DNA of 64,000 nt from Candidatus Marinacidobacterium sp. GTDB lineage: Bacteria > Acidobacteriota > Vicinamibacteria > Marinacidobacterales > Marinacidobacteraceae. Below are positions 1-10,005 of the stretch, piece by piece. How positions within the stretch are numbered: position 1 is the first letter of the stretch; each line of letters begins with the position of its first letter. A program made the translations under genes and the position numbers. The notes below the pieces were generated by a model. The model made no database searches and had not been told where the DNA came from. It worked only from the letters and a program-made list of their open reading frames with translations. The stretch is taken from positions 992,001 to 1,056,000 of the forward strand of contig OZ244852.1 in NCBI GenBank assembly GCA_965220965.1, written 5' to 3'.

Positions 1-407
1 CGGGACGAACGCCTCGAGCGCCTCGCGAATCGCCCCCATGACCCGCGCATAGGCGGCCTGGACGCCGGAGGCCGTCCCGCGCCCGGCGGCGAAGGCGTAG
101 GTCAGGTCGCCGGGAAGATGGAGGAGCGCGCGGCCTCCGGTGGGACGGCGCACCCAGGGGACGTCGAGGGTCTCGAGCGTCGCCGCGCAGGCGGCGTCCT
201 CGAGCCGCTGGCGGTGTCCCAGGCTGAGGGTCGGGCGCGCCCAGCGGTAGACCCGCAGGCTGGGAGGGGCGCCGGCGGCGGCCGCTTCGAGCAGCGCCGC
301 ATCGCGCTCCATGTTCTGCGCGCCCGATGCCGCGACATCGAGATCGGACACGAACCGGAACGCCCCGCCCGGCCGTTGTTCGGCGGCTCGCCGCGGGACG
401 GAGGGCG

Positions 408-411
<4 letters not shown>
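1..411 (-). CDS. Lipoate-protein ligase/octanoyltransferase (LplA/LipM family), 5' part; runs off the window
   Basis: Manual translation gives [24 protein letters not shown]...[17 protein letters not shown]...[13 protein letters not shown]...DLTYAF (RRxTGG motif). Start is either CTG at 411, overlapping the ald stop, or GTG at 351. Confidence 0.85.
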
Positions 412-1519
<1,108 letters not shown>

Positions 1520-1523
<4 letters not shown>

Positions 1524-1960
1524 TCGACGTCCCCTGCGCGCTCCCCGTCGGGTTGCGGTTCGGATGCGGCGCCATCGGACTCGCCCAGCACCACCCCGTT
1601 GAAGCGGGCGCCGGGCTCGATCCGGACCTGCGCGGCGCTGATGTCGCCCAGCAGCGCGCCGGTGTCCCCGATCTCGGCCCGCTCGCTCGCGACGATCTTT
1701 CCTTCGACCTCGCCGAACACGACGACCCTCTTCGCGGTGATGTCGGCCCGGACCCGGCCGCCCTCCGGGATCAGCACTTCGCCCTGGCTCTCGACGACGC
1801 CCTCCACCTTCCCGTGGATGCAGATGTCGTCGGGGGACGAAAGCCGCCCTTCCAGGACGGCGCTTCCCCCGATCCAGGTGGAGGATTCGCCCGACGCCGA
1901 CGCTTCGGATCCCCTCCCGGGCGAGGCGTCCTCGCCGTTACCGCGCAGGAACAGGGGCAT
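1520..1960 (-). CDS. Bactofilin (polymer-forming cytoskeletal protein)
   Basis: Beta-helix repeat pattern [11 protein letters not shown]...IHGKVEG...[23 protein letters not shown]...[18 protein letters not shown]. Start placed at ATG 1960 because the longer ORF overlaps the tRNA. Confidence 0.9.
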
Positions 1961-1984
1961 GGATGCGGGTCGACGAGGCCACGG

Positions 1985-2057
1985 AGCGGGCGACGGGGCT
2001 CGAACCCGCGACACCGAGCTTGGGAAGCTCGTACTCTACCAACTGAGATACGCCCGC
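1985..2057 (-). tRNA. tRNA-Gly (anticodon CCC)
   Basis: GCGGGCG-TA-TCTC-AGTTGGTA-GAGT-A-CGAGC-TTCCCAA-GCTCG-GTGTC-GCGGG-TTCGAGC-CCCGT-CGCCCGC-T folds as a cloverleaf with a U73 discriminator. It is followed by CCG, not CCA. Confidence 0.97.
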
Positions 2058-2068
2058 CCGTGGGTGGA

Positions 2069-2074
2069 ATTCTA
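2069..2074 (-). promoter_or_regulatory. Putative sigma70 -10 element (TAGAAT) for tRNA-Gly
   Basis: TAGAAT lies 11 nt upstream of the tRNA 5' end and overlaps the upstream stop codon; it is AT-rich in a GC-rich background. Confidence 0.55.
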
Positions 2075-3514
2075 GCCGGGGGCCGGCCCGCGGGACGCTT
2101 CTTCTGACCCGGGATCGGCCGGCTCGTGAGCCCGGAGAATGTCGAGGAGCTCGCGCTGGCGCCGCTCGACCAGCCCGCTCCGGAAAGCCTCGATCGTGAG
2201 CCGCAGGACGGGTTCGGTGTTCGAAGGGCGCAGCGTGAAGCGCCAGTCGTCAAAGCCGATCGTGAGGCCGTCGAGGCGTTCCACCCGGCCACCCTCGCAG
2301 GCGCTCTCCACGGCGCGCAGGGCGGCTGCCGGATCGCGCACCCGGACGCTCTTCTCGTCCAGCGCAAAATACTCGCTGCGGAGCTCTCCGGCGAGATCCC
2401 GAAGCGAGCGTCCGGTCTCGCCAACCCGCTCGATCATCCGGAGGATCGGGAGGAGCGCGTTGTCGGCATAGCCGGCGTGGCGGGAATAGAAGTGTCCGCT
2501 CAGCTCTCCGCCAAAGCGGGCGTCGACCTCGCGCATCCGCTGCTTCATGTAGGCGTGCCCGACCCGGCAGGGACAGGGAACGCCTCCGGCGCGCCGGATC
2601 CGGTCGGGGACCGCCCGGGAGGACCGCAGGTCGAAGACGACGGGTGACTCCGGCTCCGCCTCCACTTCGGGGGGCGCCAGGATCGCGGTGGTGAAGTCGC
2701 CCGGGACGAAATCGCCCTCGCTGTCGACAAAGGCGCATCGATCGGCGTCTCCGTCCCACAGCGCCCCGAGATCCGCGCGTTCGGCCCGGACCCGGGCGGC
2801 GAGCCCGGCCCGGTTCGCGGGATCCAGCGGATTGGCGCCCCGGGTCGGAAAGCTCCCGTCGGGAGCGAAGTCCATGGGAAGGAACTCGCCGGGAACGCCG
2901 CGGAAGACCGGTTCGGCCATGACGCCCCCCATGCCGCACCCGGCGTCGAGAACGACGCGGAGCGCCGGGAGGCGGCGAATGTCCACCGCCTCGTGCAGGA
3001 ACGCCCGGTAGTCCTCGGTGATGTCCCGGGCGTCCCTCCCGATGCCCGGGTCCGACTCCGGCGCCGCTCCGGCCGCGATCCCCTCGACGCTCCGGCGAAT
3101 CGCCGGGAGCCCGGTCTCGGCGAACACCGGCGCGGCGTCCCGCGTCACCAGCTTGATCCCGTTGTCTCCGGGAGGGTTGTGGGAGGCGGTGACGACCGCT
3201 CCGCCATCCAGCCGGTCGTGGCGGACGGCGAACCACATCGCGTCGGTGGGAATCCGGCCGTAGTCCACATCCCGGGCCCCGCGGCTCCGGAGGCCGAGGC
3301 GGAAGGCGTCGGCGAGTTCCGGGCTTGTCCGGCGCATGTCCCGGGCCACTCCGATCGTGGGTCGGTCCGGCCCGGCGGCCCGGACGTGTTCGGCGAACGC
3401 GGCCCCGACGCGAAAGGCCAGATCGGCGCCCAGCGGCTCCGGGGAGCCCCCCCGGATGTCGTACGCCTTGAACAGCGCCCGCTCGGCTGGGGTCAACGGC
3501 GCGACGCGTCTCAT
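2072..3514 (-). CDS. Phosphomannomutase/phosphoglucomutase
   Basis: FKAYDIRG, TASHNP (phosphoserine), DGDADR (metal site), GELSGH and RPSNTEP motifs. Confidence 0.95.
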   Translation of the reverse strand: MRRVAPLTPAERALFKAYDIRGGSPEPLGADLAFRVGAAFAEHVRAAGPDRPTIGVARDMRRTSPELADAFRLGLRSRGARDVDYGRIPTDAMWFAVRHDRLDGGAVVTASHNPPGDNGIKLVTRDAAPVFAETGLPAIRRSVEGIAAGAAPESDPGIGRDARDITEDYRAFLHEAVDIRRLPALRVVLDAGCGMGGVMAEPVFRGVPGEFLPMDFAPDGSFPTRGANPLDPANRAGLAARVRAERADLGALWDGDADRCAFVDSEGDFVPGDFTTAILAPPEVEAEPESPVVFDLRSSRAVPDRIRRAGGVPCPCRVGHAYMKQRMREVDARFGGELSGHFYSRHAGYADNALLPILRMIERVGETGRSLRDLAGELRSEYFALDEKSVRVRDPAAALRAVESACEGGRVERLDGLTIGFDDWRFTLRPSNTEPVLRLTIEAFRSGLVERRQRELLDILRAHEPADPGSEEASRGPAPG

Positions 3515-4599
3515 GAATCCCGGCGACCCACCACGCTGTAGGCCGCCACGATGCTCTTGTCTCCCAGCACGGCGTCGGCGACCGTGGCTTCCTGCCCGAC
3601 AAAGCAGTTCGTGGCGAGGACCGAGCCGCGCACCTCGGCGCCCTCGCCGATGCGGGTGTCCGCCCAGAGCACCGAGTCGCGGACGCGCGCGCCGGTCTCG
3701 ACCCGGACCCGCTCGCCCAGCACGGCGTGGGGTCCCACCTCGGCGCCGGCCCGGACCACGGCGCCGGCCGCCACCAGGACCGGGCCCCGGAGGACGGCGT
3801 CGGGATGCACCGAGGCGTCTTCGGCGACGACGGCGCCGCCGGCGTTCGGGCTGCCGACCCCGGGGATCCGGATGCGGCCCTCCAGCGCGTCCCGGTGGGC
3901 CGCGTGGTAGCGCTCGGGAACTCCGATGTCGGAGAAGTAGCCCGCATGACGGAAGGCGGCGACCGGTCGCCCTCCGGCCACCGACCCGGCCACCGCCTCC
4001 GGGAAGACCTCGTGTTCCAGCGAGGCCGGACGGTTCGGCGGGATGAGGTCGAGGATCTCCGGGTCCATGGCGTAGATCCCGACGCTGATCGGACCGGGAC
4101 CGCGCCGCCCCTTCTCCCCGAACCCGGTGACCTGCGGGGGTGCGCCGGGCGCCGTCGGATCCTGGATGCTCACCGAGCCGAAGGGGGAGGCGTCGGGCGC
4201 TTCGGTGACGGAGAGCGTCAGGAGCGCCGAGGCCTGTCGGTGCGCTTCAACGAGCCCCCGGACGTCGAGGTCGGTCAGGACATCGCCGTTGAGACACAGG
4301 AAGACGTCCTTCAGGCGCCGCCGCAGCCGACGGAGGGCGCCGGCGGTCCCCATCGGTTTCGGCTCCACCGCATAGTGGAGGGACACGCCGTAGGCCGCCC
4401 CGTCGCCGAACACCGCGTGGATCCGGCGCGGCGCGGAGGCCAGCGCCAGAACGATGTCGGTGACCCCCGCGCTCCGCAGCAGCTCGAGCTGCGCCGCCAG
4501 AAACGGCCGGCCGAGAACCGGGACGACGGCCTTCGGCCGCCTCCAGGTGAGCGGCCGGAGCCGCAGGGCCTTCCCCCCGGCGAGGATGACCGCCTTCAC
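3511..4599 (-). CDS. NDP-sugar synthase (mannose-1-phosphate guanylyltransferase-like) with C-terminal hexapeptide repeats
   Basis: VKAVILAGG..RLRPLT...PK, EPKPMGTAGAL, NGDVL and DIG motifs plus an LbH tail. GTG start has GGAG upstream. Confidence 0.88.
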   Translation of the reverse strand: MKAVILAGGKALRLRPLTWRRPKAVVPVLGRPFLAAQLELLRSAGVTDIVLALASAPRRIHAVFGDGAAYGVSLHYAVEPKPMGTAGALRRLRRRLKDVFLCLNGDVLTDLDVRGLVEAHRQASALLTLSVTEAPDASPFGSVSIQDPTAPGAPPQVTGFGEKGRRGPGPISVGIYAMDPEILDLIPPNRPASLEHEVFPEAVAGSVAGGRPVAAFRHAGYFSDIGVPERYHAAHRDALEGRIRIPGVGSPNAGGAVVAEDASVHPDAVLRGPVLVAAGAVVRAGAEVGPHAVLGERVRVETGARVRDSVLWADTRIGEGAEVRGSVLATNCFVGQEATVADAVLGDKSIVAAYSVVGRRDS

Positions 4600-4618
4600 C
4601 GGCGCTCCGGGTCCTTCG

Positions 4619-5065
4619 TCACTCCGGCTGGCCCCTGGGCGGCGCCAAAGCGCCACGAGTGGGCGCCGCAGCCAGACAGTCGCCCCGGTGCACCAGGACC
4701 GCCGCAGGACCAGGTCCCACGATGACCACGTCCCCGGCCACCAGCTCGTCCAGCAGCAGCGCGCGCCCCCCCTCCAGGTCGCGCGCGGTCAGGGTGAGCC
4801 CCACGATGCCCCAGCGCTCCAGCGACGAGGCTTCGAAGCGCGTCCCGACGAGCGCCGCCAGGTCGGTTGACCCGGCTTCGGCGCGCGCCACCCCGAAGAC
4901 ATCCACCTGTCGATGCCGCTTCGCTCCATAGAGGAGGCCGCGCCGGCCGTCCAGCGCCGCGAGCGCATCGGGGCCCAGGAAGACTTCCGGAAGCGCCCCG
5001 AGGAGGCGGCGCCGGACTCGCTCAGGCCTCGACGAGGACCCGACGGGCTCGCGCGAAGTAGTCAC
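4619..5065 (-). CDS. Hypothetical protein (start uncertain)
   Basis: GC3-rich codons in this frame; fills the gap between pgsA and the nucleotidyltransferase on the operon strand. Confidence 0.55.
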   Translation of the reverse strand: MTTSREPVGSSSRPERVRRRLLGALPEVFLGPDALAALDGRRGLLYGAKRHRQVDVFGVARAEAGSTDLAALVGTRFEASSLERWGIVGLTLTARDLEGGRALLLDELVAGDVVIVGPGPAAVLVHRGDCLAAAPTRGALAPPRGQPE

Positions 5066-5555
5066 ATCCCGACCACAGGGTGATGGCGGCGGCGATCCAC
5101 AGGGCTGGCCCGGCGAGCGGCGCCAGCGTCGGGAACCAGGCGCCGAAGAGGACGATGAGCACCGCGTAGACCTGGACGTGCATCTTCACCTTGCCGAGCA
5201 TCCGCACCGGAACGCTGCTGCCCTGCTGAACCGCGAACATCCGCAGCGCGGTCACCGCGAACTCCCGGCCGATGATGGTGATCGCCACCCAGGCGGGCGA
5301 AAGCCCGACCGCGACCAGCGAGATGAACACGGTGGAGATGAAGAACTTGTCGGCGATGGGGTCCATGAGAATCCCGAGCGTCGACACCTGGTCGCGCCGC
5401 CGGGCCACGATCCCGTCGAACAGGTCGGTGAGCGCGATGACCGCCACCAGCAGAATGCTCACCGGCTCCCATCCGGGCCAGCGGGTGAGCAGCGCGACCG
5501 CAAGGACCGGAGTCAGCACGAACCGCATCAGCGTGAGCCGGTTCGCCAGGTTCAT
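5022..5555 (-). CDS. pgsA: CDP-diacylglycerol--glycerol-3-phosphate 3-phosphatidyltransferase
   Basis: MNLANRLTLMR, DLFDGIVARRRDQVSTLGILMDPIADK (CDP-alcohol phosphotransferase motif), IIGREFAVTALR, LGKVK. Confidence 0.88.
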   Translation of the reverse strand: MNLANRLTLMRFVLTPVLAVALLTRWPGWEPVSILLVAVIALTDLFDGIVARRRDQVSTLGILMDPIADKFFISTVFISLVAVGLSPAWVAITIIGREFAVTALRMFAVQQGSSVPVRMLGKVKMHVQVYAVLIVLFGAWFPTLAPLAGPALWIAAAITLWSGCDYFARARRVLVEA

Positions 5556-5607
5556 GCCTCGCCCTGCCTCCACTTCCTCCCCCCGGACTGCCCGCCGATC
5601 GGGGCGG

Positions 5608-5616
5608 ATCCTATCA
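5608..5616 (-). promoter_or_regulatory. Putative extended -10 promoter (TG-A-TAGGAT) upstream of pgsA
   Basis: TGATAGGAT in the bamD-pgsA intergenic region. Confidence 0.45.
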
Positions 5617-5708
5617 AGCCCGACCGGAAGCGCCCGAGCCGCGAACCCTTGCGCCGGAGGTCGTCCCGGACCGGTTGCGGGAGGCCGTGATCACGACCGC
5701 AGCCCGGT

Positions 5709-6536
5709 TCAGGGGTTCTGCTCGAGGATTTCGCGAATGCGTTCGCGGGCGCCCTCGACGAGCGGGGAATCGGGGTGCTCCTCCACGATCTTCTGGTAGT
5801 GGACGAGAGCCTCGTTCTCCCTCCCGCAGTCGGTCAGCGCCCGGCCGAGGCGCTCCCGGACCTCCGCGGTCCGCCCGAAGTCAGGGAAGTTGGCGAGGAC
5901 CTCCTCGAGCCGTGGGATGGCCCCCCGGCACCACCGCCGCATGTCCTGGTAGAACTCCGCCTTGAGCAGCAGCGCGGTGGCGAGATCCTGCCGGCACTCC
6001 GACAGATGCTCCCGCGCTTCCTCCGCGTAGCGGGAGTTCGGATAGAGCTCGAGCAGCTTCGCGAACTCCTCGGCGGCGAGCCGGGTGTCCTCCTGATCGC
6101 GGTCCGCGCTCCGCCGCTGACGGAAGTGGCCGTAGGCGATCTGGAACTGCGCGTAGTCCGCCCGCGGGTGGTTCGGAAAGAAGGTCAGATAGTCGCGATA
6201 CTCGGTGGCGGCCAGCAGCGCGTTCTGTTGCCCGCGCTGGTTCGCGTAGGTGTCGGCGATCCCGAGCCGGGCGTCGCCGGCGAACTGGCTCCTCGGGTAG
6301 CTGTCGAGCAACTGCCGGAACCAGGTCCTGGCGGTGTCCCAGTCCCGAGACTCGAGCGCCTGCTGACCGAGCGCCAGCAACCGGCGATCCGCCTGCGCTC
6401 CGGTCGGGATTTCCCGAAGTGCGGAATTGGAGCAGCCGGCCGCGAAGACCAGCAGCGCCGCCGCGATCAGGCGCGCAGCCCGGCGGCGCCCCTTCGAAAC
6501 GGGGAACGGTCCGCGGTCTGGCTCTTGAGGGCGCAC
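5709..6536 (-). CDS. bamD: Outer membrane protein assembly lipoprotein BamD
   Basis: Lipobox VFAAGC; TPR repeats with YPRSQFA, FPNHPRADYAQFQIA, DRDQEDTRLA and YPNSRYA. Confidence 0.9.
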   Translation of the reverse strand: MRPQEPDRGPFPVSKGRRRAARLIAAALLVFAAGCSNSALREIPTGAQADRRLLALGQQALESRDWDTARTWFRQLLDSYPRSQFAGDARLGIADTYANQRGQQNALLAATEYRDYLTFFPNHPRADYAQFQIAYGHFRQRRSADRDQEDTRLAAEEFAKLLELYPNSRYAEEAREHLSECRQDLATALLLKAEFYQDMRRWCRGAIPRLEEVLANFPDFGRTAEVRERLGRALTDCGRENEALVHYQKIVEEHPDSPLVEGARERIREILEQNP

Positions 6537-6549
6537 TCCAGGGGGAATG

Positions 6550-7071
6550 CTAACTGTCCGCCGCCTCGGCAGGCGCCGCGCCCGGCGAGTCCCGTTCCGC
6601 GGGCGCGCTATCGCCTGATTGCTCGAGGGCCTCCCGGACCAACCGGGGCAGGGCCCGGAGGCGGCCGGCGCCATCCACCGCGGCGTGGCGCGTCTCGGCG
6701 GTGGCGACCAGCGCGCCGTCAACGGGGCGGACGACCCGGTAGGAGAAGGCGATGCCGCGCCGGCGATGCGGGCGGGCCTGCGCCTCCACGACCAGGTCGT
6801 CGTCGTAGCGGGTGGGCGCGCGGTAGCGGCAGGCGAGTTCCACGACCGGCAGGTGCGTCCCGCTCGCCTCCAGGTCGCGGTAGGAGAGCGCGTGCTCGCG
6901 GAGCCACTGGGTTCGCGCCAGCTCCAGCCACGGAAGGTAGGCCCCGTGGTAGCCGACGCCCATGGCGTCGGTCTCGGCGTAACGCACCCGGATCCTGACG
7001 CTCGAAGTCGTCCCGGTCCACGCCGCGGGGGAGCGCCCGTCCGGCGGATCCGGGGTTCCGGCGACGCTCAA
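6550..7071 (-). CDS. Acyl-CoA thioesterase (YbgC/4HBT hotdog family)
   Basis: IRVRYAETDAMGVGYHGAYLPWLELART and LPVVELACRYRAPTRYDD. Confidence 0.9.
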   Translation of the reverse strand: MSVAGTPDPPDGRSPAAWTGTTSSVRIRVRYAETDAMGVGYHGAYLPWLELARTQWLREHALSYRDLEASGTHLPVVELACRYRAPTRYDDDLVVEAQARPHRRRGIAFSYRVVRPVDGALVATAETRHAAVDGAGRLRALPRLVREALEQSGDSAPAERDSPGAAPAEAADS

Positions 7072-7739
7072 TCGATGGTCATCGCGCGGACCGCGGCGGC
7101 CGGGTCGGCGGCGCCGAAGACAGCGGAGCCGGCGACCAGAACATCGGCGCCGGCCTCGCGCGCCGCCTCGACCCGCGAGGGGTTCATCCCGCCGTCGACC
7201 ACGATCTCGAGCTCGGGGTTCCAGCGCTCGGCGATCTGGCGGATCCGCCGCACGCGCTCCCAGCTCCCCTCGATGAACTCCTGTCCGCCCCAGCCGGGAT
7301 TCACCGACATGACGATCACATAGTCGGCGGCGGCCACCGCCTCCTCGAGCAGGACCAGCGGGAACAGCGGGTTGATCGCCAGCCCGGGACGAACACCCAG
7401 CGCGCGCAGATCCGAGAGCGCCTTGTGGAGATGCGGAACGGTCTCCGGATGAAAGGCGATCGCGTCCGCGCCCGCCTCCGCATACGCCGCGGCGCTCGCC
7501 TCGGGTTGCTCGATCATGAGGTGCGCGTCGAGCGGCAGATCGGTGCAGCGCCGCACCGCCGCGACCAGCATCGGCCCGAACGTCAGGTTGGGCACGTAGT
7601 GGCCGTCCATCACGTCGAGGTGGAGGCCGTGAGCGCCGGCGTCCTCGACCACCCGGATCTCCTCGGCCAGGCGGGTGAAGTCCGCCGAAAGGAGCGAGGG
7701 GGTCAGCCGCAGGGTCCGGCCCGGTGTGGAGGCCGTCAC
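7068..7739 (-). CDS. rpe: Ribulose-phosphate 3-epimerase
   Basis: PSLLSADF, HLDVMDGHYVPNLTFG, DAHLMI, MSVNPG and VDGG motifs. Confidence 0.97.
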   Translation of the reverse strand: MTASTPGRTLRLTPSLLSADFTRLAEEIRVVEDAGAHGLHLDVMDGHYVPNLTFGPMLVAAVRRCTDLPLDAHLMIEQPEASAAAYAEAGADAIAFHPETVPHLHKALSDLRALGVRPGLAINPLFPLVLLEEAVAAADYVIVMSVNPGWGGQEFIEGSWERVRRIRQIAERWNPELEIVVDGGMNPSRVEAAREAGADVLVAGSAVFGAADPAAAVRAMTID

Positions 7740-8497
7740 CGGCTGAGCGTCAGCGTGACCCGGTCCGCCCGGGTCACGCGAGCTCCCGCCACCGGCAACT
7801 GATCCACCACGATGCCCGGCGGGACGCCGCGGTACTCCACCCTGCGGACATCGCGAACCCGGATCGCCGCCCGACTCAGGTCATCGGCGATGGCGCCGTA
7901 ACGCCGCCCGATGAAGTCCGGCATCATGAAGGACTCGGGCTCGGCGCCGGCGGACAGCAGGACGGAAACCCGGGTCTCCGGGGTCGCCTCGGTGTAGGCC
8001 ACCGGCGACTGGGCGATGACGCGGCCCGGCAGGTAGAAGTCGCTCTCGACTTCGGCGACGCGTCCGACCAGAAGGTCCGCGGCCTCGAGTTGCCGCCGCG
8101 CCGCAGTCAGCGTCGCCCCCTCCAGCCGCGGAACCGCGCGCCGGGTGGGCCCCAGGCTGCGGAACACCTCGACCGAACGTCCGCGACGGAAGGTGGAGCC
8201 CGGAGCGGGATCCTGGCCCGCCAGCAACCCCTCGGGAATCTCGTCGTCGAACCTCGCCTGTCCTTCGGAAAGGCGGAGGCCGACGCTCGCCAGCAGCTCG
8301 CCCGCGGTCTCGACGTCGAGCCCCAGCAGGTTCGGGACCGGCGGATCCGCGGTGCTCGAAGCGATCAGGAACGCGCCGGCGGCGAAGATGGCGAAGGTGG
8401 CGGTCAGGGCGCCGGCCAGGAAGAGCGTCCAGAGCAGCCGCGACAACGCGGAGCCGGACCGTCCGGTCCGGCGGATTCGGATGCGGAACGGCGACAT
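7736..8497 (-). CDS. Membrane-anchored PASTA-domain protein (three PASTA repeats, no kinase domain)
   Basis: N-terminal TM helix, then VPNLLG...QDPAPG, VPRLEG...QSPVA and MPDFIG...QLPVAG repeats. Confidence 0.88.
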   Translation of the reverse strand: MSPFRIRIRRTGRSGSALSRLLWTLFLAGALTATFAIFAAGAFLIASSTADPPVPNLLGLDVETAGELLASVGLRLSEGQARFDDEIPEGLLAGQDPAPGSTFRRGRSVEVFRSLGPTRRAVPRLEGATLTAARRQLEAADLLVGRVAEVESDFYLPGRVIAQSPVAYTEATPETRVSVLLSAGAEPESFMMPDFIGRRYGAIADDLSRAAIRVRDVRRVEYRGVPPGIVVDQLPVAGARVTRADRVTLTLSR

Positions 8498-8523
8498 CGG
8501 AGAACTCGCGGGGCGGGGAAATC

Positions 8524-10005
8524 CTACCGACCGGAGGTCGCGCGCGTCGTTCGCTGAAGGAGCGCCGCGAAGTAACCGTCGGCGCCGTGGCTTTCGGGAG
8601 TGAGCCTGAGCGCGCCGTCCGCGTCCAGCAGGTCGTGGAACGTCGGGGGAAGCTGGTCGTCGAGGGGCGCGCGTCGGAGCTCCGGCCGGGCTTCCAGGAG
8701 CGCCTCGACGACCTGGGTGGTCTCCTCGGGCTCCAGCGAGCACACCGCGTAGAGCAGAAAACCGCCCGGCGCCAGCAGCCGCGCTCCGGCGACGGCGATG
8801 GCCTGCGCGGCGGCCCCGAGGCTCGCAACCCGGGAGGCGGAGGAGGTCCACTTGATGTCCGGGTTTCTGGCGAGCGTCCCGAGCCCGCTGCAGGGAACGT
8901 CGGCGAGCACCCGGTCGAGGGATTCCTCCGCGATCGGCGGGAGAGCCGCATCGGCCACGAAGGGGAGAACGGTCGGAGTCCCGAGGCGCTTGGCGGCCTC
9001 CCGGAGAAGCCGGATCCGACGGGGCCTCCGGTCGCCCGCCAGAACCCACCCCGGCTCGATCCGCTCCGCCAGCAGCGTGGCCTTGCCGCCAGGCGCGGCG
9101 CAGGCGTCGAGGCAACGGCGCGCGCCGGCGACCGGCAGCAGCCACCCGATGAGCTGCGACCCGGCGTCCTGGAGGTGGACCGCGCCCTCGGCGTGGAGGG
9201 GCGAGTCCCTCGGGTTTCCGTGAACCACCCGGAGGCAGCGCGGCGCCAGCGGGAATCGTTCGGTGCTCACTCCGGAGGCCTCCAGGTCGCGGCGGACGGC
9301 ATCGAGGTCGCGCCGGGCGCTCACCCGGAGGAAGGTCGTCGGGCGCCGGTTGTTCGCCTCCATCCGGCGAATCGCCCGCTCCCGGCCCAGCGACGCCACA
9401 TATCGGTCCACCAGCCAGTCCGGATGCGAGAGTCCCGTCCGGAGATAGAGCTCCGGATCGCCGCCGGCGTGGGGCCACGGATGGTCGGCCCGCAGATAGG
9501 CCCGCAGCACGGCGTTCGCGAGGCCGGCGGCCGGGCTGGAGGCGGCTGCGGCCAGAGACACCGCCTCGCTCACCGCCGCCCGATGGGGAACCCGGTCCAG
9601 GAAGCGGAGCTGGTAGAGCCCGAGCCGCAGCGCGGTGCGCACGCCCGGATCAAGTCCGGCCAGCGGGCGTCGGCAGTAGGACGCCAGCGTGTGATCCAGC
9701 AGCCGACGCCAGCGGAGGACGCCGAACACCAGCTCCCGCGCCAGCGCCCGGTCGCGGGCGTCGGGAGGGTTCCCGCTCCCGTCTTCGAGGCGCGCGATCA
9801 GATCGTCGGGACGCGGAGGCGGGGAAGCGCCCGGCCCCCGCTCCAGCCGCCGCAGCACCGCAAACGCCGCGCGGCGCGACGGCGAGGCCGGACCACAGCT
9901 CCTGGCGGGAGCTTCGCGGCCGCCCGCTCGCCGGGGCGGGCCCCGGCGCGAGCGTCCCGGACCGGACCGCGATCGGTCGCCCCGAGTCGCCGGGGTTCGC
10001 TTCAC
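8524..10005 (-). CDS. rsmB: 16S rRNA m5C967 methyltransferase RsmB/Sun
   Basis: NusB-like N-terminus (ELVFGVLRW, LRLGLYQL, ANAVLR); SHPDWL, LDACAAPGGK, DVPCSGLG and YAVCS. Confidence 0.93.
   Translation of the reverse strand: MKRTPATRGDRSRSGPGRSRRGPPRRAGGREAPARSCGPASPSRRAAFAVLRRLERGPGASPPPRPDDLIARLEDGSGNPPDARDRALARELVFGVLRWRRLLDHTLASYCRRPLAGLDPGVRTALRLGLYQLRFLDRVPHRAAVSEAVSLAAAASSPAAGLANAVLRAYLRADHPWPHAGGDPELYLRTGLSHPDWLVDRYVASLGRERAIRRMEANNRRPTTFLRVSARRDLDAVRRDLEASGVSTERFPLAPRCLRVVHGNPRDSPLHAEGAVHLQDAGSQLIGWLLPVAGARRCLDACAAPGGKATLLAERIEPGWVLAGDRRPRRIRLLREAAKRLGTPTVLPFVADAALPPIAEESLDRVLADVPCSGLGTLARNPDIKWTSSASRVASLGAAAQAIAVAGARLLAPGGFLLYAVCSLEPEETTQVVEALLEARPELRRAPLDDQLPPTFHDLLDADGALRLTPESHGADGYFAALLQRTTRATSGR

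Noticed and set aside
1985-2057. tRNA-Gly as an integration site or island boundary
   Set aside because: No integrase, no duplicated tRNA 3' end seen, and both flanks are housekeeping genes.
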